Source of the DNA: a virus
Taxonomy: Duplodnaviria > Caudoviricetes
Strand: one strand, 5' to 3'
Length of the DNA stretch: 41,041 nucleotides
IMG/VR virus record: IMGVR_UViG_3300035562_000011
Location: 1 to 41,041 of that record
Shown: positions 23,589-35,976 of the stretch, piece by piece
Numbering within the stretch: the stretch's first letter is position 1
Layout of the letters: every line of letters begins with the position of its first letter
Position numbers and translations under genes: made by a program
The notes under the pieces: generated by a model
Database searches by the model: none
Told to the model about the DNA's origin: nothing
What the model saw: the letters and a program-made list of their open reading frames with translations, nothing else

Positions 23589-25120
23589 TGCTAGCTAATA
23601 TTGATAGAAAAATTAGCAGGAGAAATGCTTTATTTATCATGTTGGCAATTGGGCTTACATATCTTTTGCCTTTCCTTATTGCCGATATCTATTATGTTGA
23701 CGATTTTTCACGCGCTCAAACTGGCTATACAGGCTGGGGTAGGTTAGGGAGACCGCTCTCAGATCTCATTATGCAGTCAATAGGTTTCTCAGGAAATTCA
23801 CTTGTTGACACCAGTCCGCTGCCGCAGATCTTGGCAGTTACCGTGCTATGCATTGGAATTTACCTTTGCACATTAAGAACATTTAAAGAAGTTAGCTTTA
23901 TAAAACTTATAATTTTTTCGATTATTCTTGTAAACCCATTCTTCTTGCAAAATATGGTTTATAAATATGACAGCCTGCCGATGTCTATTGGTGTTTTTTG
24001 TTGCTGCATAGCATATTGGTTCAGGTCTAAGAACAGATACATGGATGTATTTATAAGCACATCTCTCTTAGTTGTATCACTTTGCCTGTATCAATCTTCA
24101 ACAAATATTATGATTGGTTTGATAGCATTAATTGCTATTACTCCGCTTTTTTACAGTTCCGAACCAAAACAACACAGCATTGATTTTATTATTAAATGCT
24201 TAGCTTATATATTGTCATATGTGCTATACATGGCATTTATAACTCCTTACTATGGTTCACAGACAAGTCGTGGAGAGATAATTCCACTAGATACAAATGG
24301 GTTAACTCTTATTGGTGAGACAGTAACAAAAACATATGAGCTTATTTCTGTATTATTTATCGGGCCAATATCTCACTTTACACTTTACATTGCAATCCCA
24401 ATTTCGATAATCGGTTTTATATATTCATTAGTAAAATCGCTTACACATAACAAGCATACTTCATGGTCAATATTCAGCACATCACTCATTGCTTTATCTC
24501 CTATTATTGCACTATCGGGAATAATAGGGCCATTATTTCTAATAAAAAACGTTGATATTGTTCCAAGAACTTTGACGGGGTCATCGGTTACGTACATTTT
24601 GATTCTATTGTTCTCTTATTTTGGCATTAAAGAACTCACTAAGAAAATCAGCGCACTTAGCGCATTTAACGTTATTTTAATATATCCGATAGCGTTTTCA
24701 ATTTCTTTATCGTTCGTATTTATGTCTTCCATGAAATCTCAGCGTGCATATGAGAGAGTTGTGATTGCATCTATATATCACGATATACTAAGCAGCAAGG
24801 AATTACAAGATGCTAAAGAAATAACCACTTTAGGAAGCGTGACATTCTCCCCGATATTCTTGAACAATGTATCTCACTATCCGATACTCTATAAAATTGG
24901 AGCGATGCTATATGATTGGACAACATACCTACAGCTTTCATCACTGAACATAAAAAACGCTGATTTCGATTTTGTTAAAGCAAGATCTCCAGAGTTTCGC
25001 AAAACAATATGCATGAACCCTATGGAAGTTATAGCAGATAATGACACCTACACCATAACTATCTCAAATGGTGTAGGTGTCGTGTATTTGAGGCCAAATA
25101 AAAAACCTCTTTGCAATTAA
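23588..25120 (+). CDS. gtrC: GtrC serotype-specific glucosyltransferase
   Basis: Multi-TM, AT-rich; YYVDD..R, W...GRPL, YKYDS, LYQ motifs; third gene of the gtr operon. Confidence 0.88.
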   Translation: MLANIDRKISRRNALFIMLAIGLTYLLPFLIADIYYVDDFSRAQTGYTGWGRLGRPLSDLIMQSIGFSGNSLVDTSPLPQILAVTVLCIGIYLCTLRTFKEVSFIKLIIFSIILVNPFFLQNMVYKYDSLPMSIGVFCCCIAYWFRSKNRYMDVFISTSLLVVSLCLYQSSTNIMIGLIALIAITPLFYSSEPKQHSIDFIIKCLAYILSYVLYMAFITPYYGSQTSRGEIIPLDTNGLTLIGETVTKTYELISVLFIGPISHFTLYIAIPISIIGFIYSLVKSLTHNKHTSWSIFSTSLIALSPIIALSGIIGPLFLIKNVDIVPRTLTGSSVTYILILLFSYFGIKELTKKISALSAFNVILIYPIAFSISLSFVFMSSMKSQRAYERVVIASIYHDILSSKELQDAKEITTLGSVTFSPIFLNNVSHYPILYKIGAMLYDWTTYLQLSSLNIKNADFDFVKARSPEFRKTICMNPMEVIADNDTYTITISNGVGVVYLRPNKKPLCN

Positions 25121-25147
25121 ATGAAGGTTAATGGCTAACAAAACTAA

Positions 25148-27028
25148 CTAGGTCGATGATATTGCCGCAAGGTTTCTTGCGGCAGCCCCCACACCTACAA
25201 CCCCACTTGCAATTATGTAGAATCCTGGAGCCTGCCCGCTGGTTGCTGTGTCTATATAATAAATTTGACCTCCAACAACGGTAGCCCCATTCATTTGAGC
25301 AAAAGAGGATAAAGGCATTTTAATGTTATTAAAGTCCTTTATCAAAGGGTATGAGGCATAATTGAAATTGCGAATAAAGTCCCTGCCGATTGTTCTTAAA
25401 TAACACCCCCGGATAGACTGATTCTTGAATGAATTGCCTGCTGGCCATAGAAATGCATCATATGTAATATTGAACATTCTAACATCGTTTATCTCAACGC
25501 CATCTTGCTCAATCAACATTCCCTGGCTGCACCTGGCAATGTATCCGCCGCTAATTTCAAGATATCCATCAAATGCAACAACACGAACACCAATGTTAGA
25601 TGTTATGTCTGTTATAACGTTATCTATGAGTAGCGTATCGGTTGACCCACCCTGCACCAGTATTCCTGTTACCCCTGCGGTATTAATATTGTTCCGCTCT
25701 ATCCGAAGACCTCGTAATATAAACGAATCTCCTACAGTGCCTGATAGAACCTGAATACCATGCAATGTGCTACCGGTAATAATGTTATCTGATACTAAAG
25801 CGTCAAAGGCTGAACTCACAGTTCCAGTTGTGTGCATATATACCTGTATACCAACATAGCAATTCCTTATGCTATTATGATGTATGGTTGAATTGGACGC
25901 TGTATAACCATATTCGATACCACCACCAAGAGCTGTATACTCAACATAATTGAATGCTATTTCTACATCTCTACTTATGCCTCCGTTAAGTATCCCAAAT
26001 TCTTTTGCTACTCCGCTTACGTAGCAATTTGTTATTTTGTACTGAACACCTTGCCAATTTATACCCTGAAGATAAGCATTTATAACCTTTACCCTATTAA
26101 TTAGGACTCTATCCCCCTTACCTCTCAGCGCAGCATGCTGTGAGTTTAATATTTCGAATCCTGAATACTCAACATCATCAGTTGTTCCGGCATCTCCTGT
26201 GAAAAATGATGGTGTAAGTAGCGTAGTAGACGCAAAATCAAACTGCGGTGATCCAGTGCAAATGAAGCTTTTCTTAATATACACAGTGTCACTGCAAATG
26301 AATGGCGCGTCATCAAGGAGTTTTGATGCAGTAACGATCCGGTACGCGTTACTCGACATGGCTTGATTCAAAATGGCTGTAACATCACCCCCCCCAATCG
26401 CCCCAAGCTGTCTAATATCAACAACGCCATTTGTTGGCTGGAATACAAACGCAACTTCAGGGTTGGGCGTTGACTGAACAACATCAATTCCATTGGTGAC
26501 TACCCCGCTAGAATTAACTGCCAACCAATACCCACGCCCGCCATTAGCTAAAGAGACGTAGCTCTGTAGGTCATACAGCTGTCCCGCTTTTGTCCATGCT
26601 GCCGCTTTAAGCGTCGCCATATCGCGTACTGCTATTGCGGCGTTGCCGATATACTGCGCCCCGCCAGGTGGCGTTATGAGAGCTCTTAGCTGATCTGGGT
26701 CGTATTTAAGCACATTCGGGTAATAGAACTGCTGAGCATTGTATGAATCGTACACAGCCATTGAATGACCAACAACCGTTACAAATTTTGCGATCTGCCC
26801 ATTGTATACCGGGTATCCACCCGTATTAATGCTAATCGGCTGAGACACCTGAATATAAGTTCCGTCCTCATTTTCCAAATAAACAGGGATTTGATTTGAC
26901 GGAATTGTTGGGTCTGTGTCAATTTGACCAATGTAGATGCTCCCATTTGAAACAGCTTTGAATGAGCGAGCTAGAGTGAAGAGTTGGGCAGGCATAGATA
27001 CAACAATATTGGCTGTGATATCTGGCAT
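25148..27028 (-). CDS. Tailspike: P22 gp9 head-binding domain plus divergent beta-helix
   Basis: [32 protein letters not shown]...LKYDPDQ, then N/I/G-rich repeats. Confidence 0.95.
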   Translation of the reverse strand: MPDITANIVVSMPAQLFTLARSFKAVSNGSIYIGQIDTDPTIPSNQIPVYLENEDGTYIQVSQPISINTGGYPVYNGQIAKFVTVVGHSMAVYDSYNAQQFYYPNVLKYDPDQLRALITPPGGAQYIGNAAIAVRDMATLKAAAWTKAGQLYDLQSYVSLANGGRGYWLAVNSSGVVTNGIDVVQSTPNPEVAFVFQPTNGVVDIRQLGAIGGGDVTAILNQAMSSNAYRIVTASKLLDDAPFICSDTVYIKKSFICTGSPQFDFASTTLLTPSFFTGDAGTTDDVEYSGFEILNSQHAALRGKGDRVLINRVKVINAYLQGINWQGVQYKITNCYVSGVAKEFGILNGGISRDVEIAFNYVEYTALGGGIEYGYTASNSTIHHNSIRNCYVGIQVYMHTTGTVSSAFDALVSDNIITGSTLHGIQVLSGTVGDSFILRGLRIERNNINTAGVTGILVQGGSTDTLLIDNVITDITSNIGVRVVAFDGYLEISGGYIARCSQGMLIEQDGVEINDVRMFNITYDAFLWPAGNSFKNQSIRGCYLRTIGRDFIRNFNYASYPLIKDFNNIKMPLSSFAQMNGATVVGGQIYYIDTATSGQAPGFYIIASGVVGVGAAARNLAAISST

Positions 27029-27110
27029 TTACTGTGCTCCTGGCGCAGCAAAGCCGCACAAGCTAAAACTTGCGCAGCGGTGCGTTAAGGTTTGTGTTAT
27101 CTAACGATAT

Positions 27111-29279
27111 TTAACGATATTGATTGGTGTTATTTTCTACCGGGGTCATTCCGCTTAATGATGATACAATTCCAGCCCTTGCCAAACGCTTGAATTCTTC
27201 ATCACTCACAACGTCACGTATCGCCTTTATCGCCGCGCTATTACTCATGAAGCGACGTTCAGCACCAGAAATAGCTGCATTGCTGGCTCCGCTATTAACG
27301 GCTTTTGTTGCCTCCCTTATAGCTTTCTCTATCGCGTATCTACCACTTCTTGTCGCTGATAGTTTTGCAATAGTTCCTTTAGCTACTGCATCAGCAGCCC
27401 CGCCAGCCACGCCGCCAGCAATAGCACCAGCCATTCCCCCTCCAGAAAATCCTCCGATAGCGCCTGCTGCGCGGAACGCCCCTGATAAGGCGCTTTCCAT
27501 TACAGGATTAAGTCCTTTTTCAAGGGCATTAAGAGCAGGAATCGACCGTCCTGTGTGTTCTACGTAACGAAGAGGCTTAGTCGCAGCCCTTGCTAGCTCT
27601 CCATATGCTCCGGCTAGACGACCTATATCCTTAGAGTGCTTGCTAATCGCTGCAACATTTTGCGGGGTAAGGATTGATGAAATGTGAGAAATGCCAGCAA
27701 CATCGGATTTCCCTCCCCTAACTCCCTGGGACATGGCATCCTGAAGAATAGATGCAATTGCTGGCCCTCTTTCTGCTTCAGGAAGAGAGCCTATCATTTG
27801 CTCAAATCGGCCTGTGCCAGATTTTGCAGAGTTCTGCAAAGCTTTAACGCCGTTGGTTACAAGAGAGTCAGTTGCAAGGTCTTTTCCTAATGCTGTTTCG
27901 GCTTGTTTCTGCGCAGCAAATCTAGCCTTTGAAAGATCATTGGCCGCTGACCATTTGTCGAGAAATCCACCGCTTTGGGCCATAGACCTCATGTCTTCCG
28001 TTGCGGCATCTCGCAATTCCCCCATTCTTCTAGCCATATTTGACTCGCCAGATCGAATGTATTTTTGCTCAGCATCAGCTAACTTTCCGCGCCACGCCTT
28101 CATCGCATCAAATGTAATGCCATCCTTACCTGTTTTGTTATAAGCGGTGGCGAACTGTTTCATTTCAGATGTTAGTGGCATTCCTGCATCAATATCTCCG
28201 CGAATCGTCGCGTTGGTATTTGCCATGCGTGCTTTTGATTCTGGCATTGTTGATCTGACGCTATCCCACGCCGACTTTTCGGATGCTTTCATGCTATCAA
28301 TGCTAGAAAGAACCCGTTGTTTGATGGCTCCACTTTTCTCAGCTGCGCTACCAGCCCCGGCACCAAACTCATCCATTGCTGAATTAAATTTATTTTGAAT
28401 CTCGCCAAATGCTTTCAAATGTGAATCCTGAGTGACCCCCGGCTTAGACGCCAGGATGCCTTCGGCTTGCGCCACCCCTCGACTGCCAGATCTCATTCCT
28501 GGAGTTAAAGCATTCACATCAACCCCAGTAGCTTCTGCTGCTCTGGCGACATCCTCTGCGACGTTTGACGCTTGCCCTGCAATAGCGCTTCTGCCGGAAC
28601 TTGTTTTAGCCATTCTGGCGACATCATCAGCTGAGTTTATCGCCGCCGAACCAAGTGCCTGTTTGGCTCTCGGTACAAGCGCTCTTCCAACTCCGGATAT
28701 CAAACCTTGAGCACCCAGATTCAACGCTGCGTTCGTTGCTGCATTTTGTGCGAAATCTCCCTGCTGATTTGAGGCATCAGAAAGAGATCCAAGCGCCATA
28801 TTCCCGGCCACCCCAAGGCCAGGCGTGAGATAGTTTCCTATCGTCTCGCCGGCTTGTGCATATGGGTCTGTAGGTCTGTCAATCGGACGATAAACGTCAT
28901 CAAGTACTTTAGGTCCACCAAGGCCCTGACTGATGGCATTTATTAAACTTGCGCCACCCTGCAAAGCATCAAATGGTATGTTGACCAGCCCGCGACCTGC
29001 TTGCTCTGCTGCATTACCAAGCTCAGACATAAGTCCGCGTTGCTGCTGCGGTTGCTCTGTAGCTTGCGACGGCTGTGTAGGTTGTTGCTCTTGCGATTGC
29101 TGTGCGGTTTGAGGTTGTGGATACGCATCATAGAACTGGTCTCTTGCCTGCGCCCATTTATCACCTACCTGTGGTGCGACTACCTCGTCAAAGTATTGCG
29201 CCTGAGCTTGAGCCTTCTCAGATGGAGATAACGCTTGATATTGCTGTGAGGCAATAACGTCTTTCCATGCCTTAGCCAT
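27111..29279 (-). CDS. DNA ejection protein (gp16 position)
   Basis: [17 protein letters not shown]-terminus; Ala/Gly-rich; synteny. Confidence 0.88.
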   Translation of the reverse strand: MAKAWKDVIASQQYQALSPSEKAQAQAQYFDEVVAPQVGDKWAQARDQFYDAYPQPQTAQQSQEQQPTQPSQATEQPQQQRGLMSELGNAAEQAGRGLVNIPFDALQGGASLINAISQGLGGPKVLDDVYRPIDRPTDPYAQAGETIGNYLTPGLGVAGNMALGSLSDASNQQGDFAQNAATNAALNLGAQGLISGVGRALVPRAKQALGSAAINSADDVARMAKTSSGRSAIAGQASNVAEDVARAAEATGVDVNALTPGMRSGSRGVAQAEGILASKPGVTQDSHLKAFGEIQNKFNSAMDEFGAGAGSAAEKSGAIKQRVLSSIDSMKASEKSAWDSVRSTMPESKARMANTNATIRGDIDAGMPLTSEMKQFATAYNKTGKDGITFDAMKAWRGKLADAEQKYIRSGESNMARRMGELRDAATEDMRSMAQSGGFLDKWSAANDLSKARFAAQKQAETALGKDLATDSLVTNGVKALQNSAKSGTGRFEQMIGSLPEAERGPAIASILQDAMSQGVRGGKSDVAGISHISSILTPQNVAAISKHSKDIGRLAGAYGELARAATKPLRYVEHTGRSIPALNALEKGLNPVMESALSGAFRAAGAIGGFSGGGMAGAIAGGVAGGAADAVAKGTIAKLSATRSGRYAIEKAIREATKAVNSGASNAAISGAERRFMSNSAAIKAIRDVVSDEEFKRLARAGIVSSLSGMTPVENNTNQYR

Positions 29280-30688
29280 TAATCACCCCATAGTGAAGAG
29301 AAGCCTGTGCTTTGCTGTTGTGATTGGTTTTCCTGTGGTTGCCGCGCTTGCTGTATGGACTGTCTCTGCCCACCACCAACACTGACGCTATATTGCTGAT
29401 TGTACTGATCGGTATATTGCTGGATATCTCGAATGGATTGCTGCAATGCGTCTGGGCTTGAGTAATCAATTTGCGGCATACTCTGGAAGTACATTTTTGC
29501 TTCTGGCACGGTATTGATACCGCTAGCGCCCATATCTTTTGCTGCTGCAATGCCTTGGTTTTGCATTCTACCCTGAATCCTTTGCGCAGCATTAAAAAGC
29601 ATCCTCTGGTCCTTTCCTCCCAGCCTGCTCCTGACGTCAGCAGTCCATGTTGGGCTACCGGAGCTCCCTGTAAGTCCTGTCATGAAATCTAAATCACTTG
29701 AGCTAGCATTCTGAATTGAGTCGATGTCTTTTTTCATCGCGTAATTCTGGGCAGACGCGGCTGATGTTGGAGGGGCTGCAACAGCGCTGGCCGGAACCCT
29801 GACCATATTCCCGTTGTCATCGATACCTTCGTAGAAGGCGTTAGCTCCCGCACCGTGCAGCTTCCCACCAACTGTTACTGTACGACCGTCTGCAAGCTGA
29901 ACGGTCCGATCACCGGATTCATTCCCCGCTCCACGCATTCCTGCTCTCTGTGTCGCCATGTCTTGCCCGCGACGCGCAGTTGATGCAGAGATATCCTGCC
30001 CGCGAGCTGTAATGTTCTGCCCTCGCGCAGTAAGAGATTCCCCTGCCTGATTGCTGCGGATTGTTTCTGTCAGCTTGTCGCGATTCAGAGCCTGACCGAC
30101 AATCTTGTCCTGAGCGTTGAAGTAATCAACAGGACCTAGTGCTGCCATGCCGAGGTGATCGACAAATTCTCCGAACTGTTGCGGATTCTGCTGATATGTT
30201 TGTGCAACGTCTGACGGGTTCAGGCCTACTCGTTGAAGCTCTTCGGCATTATTCTGAAGCCATGTACCCATAGCCTCAGGAGATGAAGCAGCAAGCCGAG
30301 CAGACGCAGCAAGACTACCTACAGTGTTTCGCTGGTCATCATTGATAAATCCCATGCCTTTACGAACAGACTCAATCTGGTCCGGATATTGAGTTGCTAA
30401 ATTTCTCATCGCATCTCTGTTTCCAGATGAGAAAGCTTGTGCGTACTTCTGCTGGAATTCTTGCTGTCTTTCTTGCTCCTGTCCCTGTTTATAGCTCCCG
30501 TAAATACCACCCGCAGCGTTAAGTAGTTGCAATCCTACATTGTTTTCTCCCCTGCGCTGCCTGTCATTATTGTCCCTGATTAACGCTATTTGTGCATTAA
30601 CATCGCTAGCTTGTGGTGCATTTGCGTTGTTTTGGCCGATTCCTGCCAGTAACCCGCCTGAGTTGATACTCTGATTCCAGGTTGCCAT
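29279..30688 (-). CDS. DNA ejection protein gp20
   Basis: MATW.Q.INSGG.LAGIG N-terminus; RGQ repeats; synteny. Confidence 0.9.
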   Translation of the reverse strand: MATWNQSINSGGLLAGIGQNNANAPQASDVNAQIALIRDNNDRQRRGENNVGLQLLNAAGGIYGSYKQGQEQERQQEFQQKYAQAFSSGNRDAMRNLATQYPDQIESVRKGMGFINDDQRNTVGSLAASARLAASSPEAMGTWLQNNAEELQRVGLNPSDVAQTYQQNPQQFGEFVDHLGMAALGPVDYFNAQDKIVGQALNRDKLTETIRSNQAGESLTARGQNITARGQDISASTARRGQDMATQRAGMRGAGNESGDRTVQLADGRTVTVGGKLHGAGANAFYEGIDDNGNMVRVPASAVAAPPTSAASAQNYAMKKDIDSIQNASSSDLDFMTGLTGSSGSPTWTADVRSRLGGKDQRMLFNAAQRIQGRMQNQGIAAAKDMGASGINTVPEAKMYFQSMPQIDYSSPDALQQSIRDIQQYTDQYNQQYSVSVGGGQRQSIQQARQPQENQSQQQSTGFSSLWGD

Positions 30689-30697
30689 TTTCTATCC

Positions 30698-31354
30698 TCA
30701 GAATAATGAGCTGATACCACCAATAGCTCCGCCAATAGCCGCCCCCCAGGGGCCCGCTACTGAGCCTGCAGCCGCTCCTGCCCCTGCCCCAGCAAGGAAG
30801 CCTCCAACCTTAGACGGTTGATTTCCATTCGCTGAGCTTAAGGCGGCTTGCTGTTGGGCAATTTGCCCTGCGTTATTTGCATACGATTGTCCTGCATTGG
30901 TCTGCCCTTGGAGTGCACCAAGGCCAATGTTTGCTAGGTTTTGATAATTATTCATTTGCCCGGCCAGCCAATTCTGACCTAGTGTTGGGGCAATGCTTGC
31001 GAGTTGATTACTGGTCGCCGTTGACCCAAGCCCTCCCGTCGCCTCAGCTGCGCCAAGAGATTGATATCTAGCCTGGTCGGCAAGTTGCTTATACTGGTCT
31101 GAGTTGTAATATTGATTAAGCGCCTGCCCCTGACCTTGCAATGTTGAAAGCCCCTGTAACTGGCTGACGTACTGCTGAGCAAGTGGCGTGAAAGGTGCAA
31201 GGTTTTGCATCGTGGTTTGCCACATTTCTTTCTGCAGTGCTGTGGCTTCCTTAGCTCCCGTATCAGTGCTTCCACCACCTCCTTTGTGCAAACCATTTTG
31301 ATACCCGCTGAGCATCATTTCTCGCCGTTCTGCCTGCATTCCTGTAAACATCAT
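30698..31354 (-). CDS. DNA ejection protein gp7
   Basis: KGG leader end, LAPFTPLAQQY, AEATGGLGSTAT, Gly-rich tail. Confidence 0.9.
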   Translation of the reverse strand: MMFTGMQAERREMMLSGYQNGLHKGGGGSTDTGAKEATALQKEMWQTTMQNLAPFTPLAQQYVSQLQGLSTLQGQGQALNQYYNSDQYKQLADQARYQSLGAAEATGGLGSTATSNQLASIAPTLGQNWLAGQMNNYQNLANIGLGALQGQTNAGQSYANNAGQIAQQQAALSSANGNQPSKVGGFLAGAGAGAAAGSVAGPWGAAIGGAIGGISSLF

Positions 31355-31809
31355 CTTGTTAATTCCTCATACTGCGCTCGCTTTAGCTGGTAAAGCGTCA
31401 CGCCAATTGGCTGACCATTACTGCAATAGGCATCATCAAGGTGGCCAACACGCGTTGCTCCAAGCAATCTTATAATCGCTCTTCCGTATTTAGTTGTGTC
31501 AGGAACCATCGTGACGCTGTTCAGGAATGGGGAGTTTTCGAGAAGCCATTTGCAGAATAGGCGGTGACCATTGAGAGCATATTCACCGCGAAAACCAGGA
31601 GAGTAGATGGCGTGACATTCCACTACGCTGTGCCAGAAGTTACGCACTTCATGAATGCCCGCCAGTAGGACGCCTTCATAGATGCCGAGATATACCGCAT
31701 CTGGTTTGATGAAGTATTTATCTCCGCTATCTACGATGTTTCCTGTGTTTTCTTGATTGCTTAAGAATTCTGCAAGCTTCACCGGATTATCGATGAGCTT
31801 TATCTGCAT
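31351..31809 (-). CDS. gp14-like head assembly protein (DUF2824)
   Basis: GIYEG..L.G.HEVR.FW..VVECHA; synteny. Confidence 0.85.
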   Translation of the reverse strand: MQIKLIDNPVKLAEFLSNQENTGNIVDSGDKYFIKPDAVYLGIYEGVLLAGIHEVRNFWHSVVECHAIYSPGFRGEYALNGHRLFCKWLLENSPFLNSVTMVPDTTKYGRAIIRLLGATRVGHLDDAYCSNGQPIGVTLYQLKRAQYEELTR

Positions 31810-32513
31810 TATGCGTTTATCAACCCGTGGCCGGATGTTGCTCCTAATGCTGTCTGTAAGGCTACTGCAAGCTGCCTAACCTGTTGCAGACCCGCAGCTA
31901 TTGCTTGAATCTCTGACTGCGTGTACGTCGCGCTGACGGTGTATGTCGTGCTGCCGTTAATTCCTGACTTTGACGAGGTTCCTGTGGATGCAGTCCAGCC
32001 AGTATTGCGAGTTCCGACAACCTTCGTGCCGCCGACTGAGTAAGATGTTGTGACGTTAAGAGGTGATGCCAGTGACTGTGACGCTACAGCAGACTTAGAA
32101 ACGTAGTCGCTTTGCAGAGTCGTAATGTTTCCCTCTGCTGTAGTGACTCTCGTTGTCAATGCCGATAGGTTAGCCTGAATGGTTGTTATATTCCCTTCTG
32201 CCGTAGAAACCCTAAGCGTCAGGCCAGTAATTGCAGAGGTATTCCCGGTAATGCGAATTTCGTGATCGTCAACCTCAATTCGCAAAGCAGATATTCTGCT
32301 TTCGTGATCTGCAAGGATAACGTCCTGCTGCTCGTTCTTAACTGTTGCCTCGTAAGCAAGTTCACCGGCATTGTTTGCGGCATTCGCAATGCTGAGCATG
32401 TCGGTGTTTTGCTGGATGATATAGAGGCGATAAGGCTGGCTGAAAGTGTTTGGAAGAATTGTTGAGTCAACGCGTCTAGATTGCACGTTAACTATTTCAG
32501 GTTCATCTGCCAT
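31809..32513 (-). CDS. Tail needle gp26
   Basis: R.D..ILP..FSQ.Y.LY.I.Q; VDDHEIRI heptads; SLASPLNVTTSYSVGG.KV. Confidence 0.92.
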   Translation of the reverse strand: MADEPEIVNVQSRRVDSTILPNTFSQPYRLYIIQQNTDMLSIANAANNAGELAYEATVKNEQQDVILADHESRISALRIEVDDHEIRITGNTSAITGLTLRVSTAEGNITTIQANLSALTTRVTTAEGNITTLQSDYVSKSAVASQSLASPLNVTTSYSVGGTKVVGTRNTGWTASTGTSSKSGINGSTTYTVSATYTQSEIQAIAAGLQQVRQLAVALQTALGATSGHGLINA

Positions 32514-33934
32514 CATTCTATCCTTACCTGACACCCACTTAGAGTTACGGGCGATGTGGTTATAATGCGTATTTTTAATCCAATGTTTTTGCGAATGCGG
32601 CCAAGTCGTTTCAAGATAGCTCTCTGGTCATAACGGAATGGCGCATTCCACGGAATCATCTGCTCTCGACCGTAGTTAATCCCATCCGTCGTCGCCGAGA
32701 TAAACAAGCGTTCTGCAAACTGTGAAACTCCTGTGCTGGATTCCAGTTCGAAATCGAAAACTCTGGCATTATCAGCCTTGAATAGTGGCGTATAAAGCAG
32801 GTGTTCCTGCTGCTCTGTGTACTGGCTGGAGATGGACTTATCCATCACACCAAGTTGGCCGGTTAGTTTGTCGCCACAGGTTATCGCATTCCCTTCATAT
32901 ACCAGGTCCACGGCACGATAAACATCATCAAAGAAACCAGTCTTAAGTATTGCCCACTGCGCCCCGCCCTGATTAACTGATCCGTCATACATTAAAACGT
33001 GGCGTGGAAGGTGAATAATCAGCAACTCATGCGCTTCGAAACGTGTTGTTTCCATGTAGGCAGATGCCAGTTCATCTGCACTGTAGCTCTGGAGAATTTT
33101 CTCTACAGTAGAGGTTGCAATCTGCTGGACAGCGCCTGAGTTAATTAGATAAACAGACGGAGCGCCAGTTGCCGGGTGACTGATAATTGCGTGAGTATCT
33201 GCGTATTTTGTCTTGCAGTAAGTGCCTGCAATGCCTTTTTGCACCATCATTGATGGCTGGGATTGGTAGATCGCCACACCTGGAGATGAGGCATTCCCTG
33301 TCAGGTTAAAATACTCAATCGTTGAAGTACCGAAACACACAACAAAGTCGCGCCAGTTATCAATTCCGATAATTCCATCTGGCTGACCTTCTGCTCTATA
33401 TTCTGCGGCGTACCTGTCTGGTTTTGACTCATCTTCAAGGTCGCTAATGAAGAATGAGTCAGTACCGTCTTTGCTCCAGATGTAGCGGGATCTGTTGCGG
33501 CACATATCACGCAGACTTCCCAATTCATATTGAACATACCCAGTGGATGCATCCCAGTTAGACAAGGTTTTAACGGTTCCATCATAGCGGAAAAGCTTCA
33601 TTGTCCCGTTAGCTCCAACGGCATGACTGTTGTAACTGCACGCCATGCTTACCCTTGCGACTCCCGGCACATCGCCGGTATCTGCTCCAGACTTGTAAAG
33701 GTTGGGCCCGCATACCCTATACACTGCATTTTCATGCGTGTTGTACATCGCGCCACGGCTTACCCCCGATACAGCCTGAAGCTTCTTGATGCCAGGGAAG
33801 GATCGCATGTAGCCGTTAGAGTTAAGAACCTCTTTCGGAGTCGCCAGCATGTTCACTGGTAGGAAATCTACGTAATCGGCATTGGTGAAGTCTTTGCCTA
33901 CGCCCTTCATCAAAGGAAGCTGTTGAACTGGCAT
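32513..33934 (-). CDS. Tail hub / DNA stabilisation protein gp10
   Basis: MP.QQLP.MKG.GKDF.NADY.D.LPVNMLATPKEVLNS. Confidence 0.95.
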   Translation of the reverse strand: MPVQQLPLMKGVGKDFTNADYVDFLPVNMLATPKEVLNSNGYMRSFPGIKKLQAVSGVSRGAMYNTHENAVYRVCGPNLYKSGADTGDVPGVARVSMACSYNSHAVGANGTMKLFRYDGTVKTLSNWDASTGYVQYELGSLRDMCRNRSRYIWSKDGTDSFFISDLEDESKPDRYAAEYRAEGQPDGIIGIDNWRDFVVCFGTSTIEYFNLTGNASSPGVAIYQSQPSMMVQKGIAGTYCKTKYADTHAIISHPATGAPSVYLINSGAVQQIATSTVEKILQSYSADELASAYMETTRFEAHELLIIHLPRHVLMYDGSVNQGGAQWAILKTGFFDDVYRAVDLVYEGNAITCGDKLTGQLGVMDKSISSQYTEQQEHLLYTPLFKADNARVFDFELESSTGVSQFAERLFISATTDGINYGREQMIPWNAPFRYDQRAILKRLGRIRKNIGLKIRIITTSPVTLSGCQVRIE

Positions 33935-34437
33935 TATTCGCTCCCGTTATCACATGGGTCCTTGCGCCGGTAGAAATTCCAGCCATTATAGGTAGCAAGT
34001 CTGTTTCCGCTGCCAACGGGCATACGGTTTGGATAACCGGACTTGCATTTGGCATTGCTTGCACGTGACATGGCAGACTGCTTGATGAGTCGCTCTTTGC
34101 CATATTTCGCAGTTGTTACGATTTTAGCGGTTGGCTCTACTGCATAGTCTGGCGAGATTCGAAGTGCGAGATTATGGAATACAGCGCTGAGCTTGCCAGT
34201 TGTTAGCCCGTGGGCATCGCCTGGGTCTGGTGCAACATCATCAACAGAGAAGATGTAACCTGCATCGATACCTGGGGTATCATCGCTGCCTTCAAACCAC
34301 TCAGCCATCATCATTTCGAGGTCGTTAATCCCGTCTTCCATTGACTGAGGTTCGACATCGGTTAGTGTGGCATTTGAGGCGACGCCCAACTTACGTAACG
34401 CCGCGAGAACGAGATCGCCTTTAGTAGTGAGATTCAT
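33934..34437 (-). CDS. Head-tail adaptor gp4
   Basis: [27 protein letters not shown]; YPNRMP.GSGN. Confidence 0.93.
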   Translation of the reverse strand: MNLTTKGDLVLAALRKLGVASNATLTDVEPQSMEDGINDLEMMMAEWFEGSDDTPGIDAGYIFSVDDVAPDPGDAHGLTTGKLSAVFHNLALRISPDYAVEPTAKIVTTAKYGKERLIKQSAMSRASNAKCKSGYPNRMPVGSGNRLATYNGWNFYRRKDPCDNGSE

Positions 34438-34645
34438 CTGATGCCGCCTTAGGTTTTGGGCCCGGCTTTTTGCGTTCCTTCTTCTCTGGCTCTGGCTCTT
34501 CATCATTTTTCAGAAGATCATCAGGATGTGCAAACCATCCAGCATCCAGATATTCCTGCAGATCGTCATCGCTTACGATTTCAAATTCGTAACCGATACC
34601 TTTCCATTTCTTGCTGTCACCGTGGCGATAAACCATGTTAGACAT
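34421..34645 (-). CDS. Small protein between coat and gp4 (74 aa)
   Basis: GGAG RBS; YLDAGWF.HPDDL...RKKPGPKPK; conserved slot in P22-like phages. Confidence 0.8.
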   Translation of the reverse strand: MSNMVYRHGDSKKWKGIGYEFEIVSDDDLQEYLDAGWFAHPDDLLKNDEEPEPEKKERKKPGPKPKAASDESHY

Positions 34646-34656
34646 TGCTTTTCTCC

Positions 34657-34682
34657 AAAGAAGAAAGGGGCCGAAGCCCCTC
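34657..34682 (-). terminator. Hairpin/terminator after the coat gene
   Basis: GAGGGGC-TTCG-GCCCCTT followed by TCTTCTTT. Confidence 0.75.
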
Positions 34683-34686
34683 TTAA

Positions 34687-35976
34687 TTACGCCTGGTCTG
34701 CCAGACCCACGCCAATTGACTCTGGACGGGTGGCATTGACGCCATACCACACAGCGATACGGCACAGGCCGGACAGGGTGCTGATATCGCCCTGTGTAGC
34801 AAATATACCGTTCAGGCCCACTTCAGGGATCGTGAAGGACTTGGTTTTCATGCCAGCAAAAAGCTCATGGTTGGCCGGGATTGGCTGGCTCACGATGCGG
34901 ATAGAGTCATCAGCCCAGAACACGTTGGTACGCGTAGTGGTGGTGTTGAGGACGTTAACCGCCATGCTGTTAGCCAGTGAGGTATTCACGTTGGCATACG
35001 CACGCTGCTCTGGTGACAGGGCGGTGTCATCCAGAGCGATTGGTTTAGGCGTGATTTCAACGTGCGTTCCGTCGACGACACGTACAACAGAGAATGTTGC
35101 ATCGCTGGTCAACACATTCTTTGCCATCTGAGACAGGAACTTAACGCCGGTGAAGCTAATTTTGTCACCACGCTTCAGGCCGGTAGTCGCAGACATGGTT
35201 ACTGTTGCAAGGCGGTTATCAACGTTGCGCTTGTTGCCATCGGCATCCAGATCCCATGCTACAGGCTGGAACTTCTGCGCACCGTTAACGGTCAGGCCGG
35301 TAGCAGTTGACGCGGCCAGCACAGGAAGTTTCGGAGATCGCATAACATCATCGAATCCGGCCACCTGCCGCTGGATTGTGCCGTTTTTATAGGCATCTTC
35401 CGGGATGCGGCCGAACATGTCTCGGTTAATCAAATCGTGACCAGCTGCCTTGTAGTCCTTCGGGTTGAAGAAGTAAGACAGACCGGAGTCGCGATTCAGT
35501 TCACGCGAGAACATGATTTCTTCGGCGTCTGCTACGAAATCCCAGCCACTACCTGATGTAGTGCCGATTGGGTCATCGCTGGTAACAACCAGTGACCCCA
35601 TCTCTGCCGCCAGGTTAGCGATTTTTACTTCGCAGTTGCTCGCCAGTTTCTTCGCAGCTGCGTTGATGCGGCGGCGATATGCAGTTTCGTCACGCAGATC
35701 GTCAGCGCGGAGCTGGAAGAAGTCGTTATCAGGCTCACCCAGACTCACCGGAACGTTAAGCTCAAGAACTCCGGTTGACTGACCTGTCAGGTCCCAACCT
35801 TCCTGCGTTGGGGACTCCTGCTCAACAGGCATCCAGATTGTGTTGCTGGAACGCTGCATTTCGCCTGCAGGTGGCGTGTACTTACCGGCCTTTTGAGCCA
35901 TAGGGGTTAAACTGGTGATGGTTTCGATTACTTCATCGATCGCCAGGGTCACCATTTGACCTTCGTTAAGAGCCAT
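34687..35976 (-). CDS. Major capsid protein gp5
   Basis: MALNEGQ.VTLA.DE.IETI, P22 coat-like; 429 aa. Confidence 0.97.
   Translation of the reverse strand: MALNEGQMVTLAIDEVIETITSLTPMAQKAGKYTPPAGEMQRSSNTIWMPVEQESPTQEGWDLTGQSTGVLELNVPVSLGEPDNDFFQLRADDLRDETAYRRRINAAAKKLASNCEVKIANLAAEMGSLVVTSDDPIGTTSGSGWDFVADAEEIMFSRELNRDSGLSYFFNPKDYKAAGHDLINRDMFGRIPEDAYKNGTIQRQVAGFDDVMRSPKLPVLAASTATGLTVNGAQKFQPVAWDLDADGNKRNVDNRLATVTMSATTGLKRGDKISFTGVKFLSQMAKNVLTSDATFSVVRVVDGTHVEITPKPIALDDTALSPEQRAYANVNTSLANSMAVNVLNTTTTRTNVFWADDSIRIVSQPIPANHELFAGMKTKSFTIPEVGLNGIFATQGDISTLSGLCRIAVWYGVNATRPESIGVGLADQA

Noticed and set aside
34526-35131. 201-aa plus-strand ORF and other antisense ORFs over the structural genes
   Set aside because: Shadows of conserved coat, portal and ejection genes
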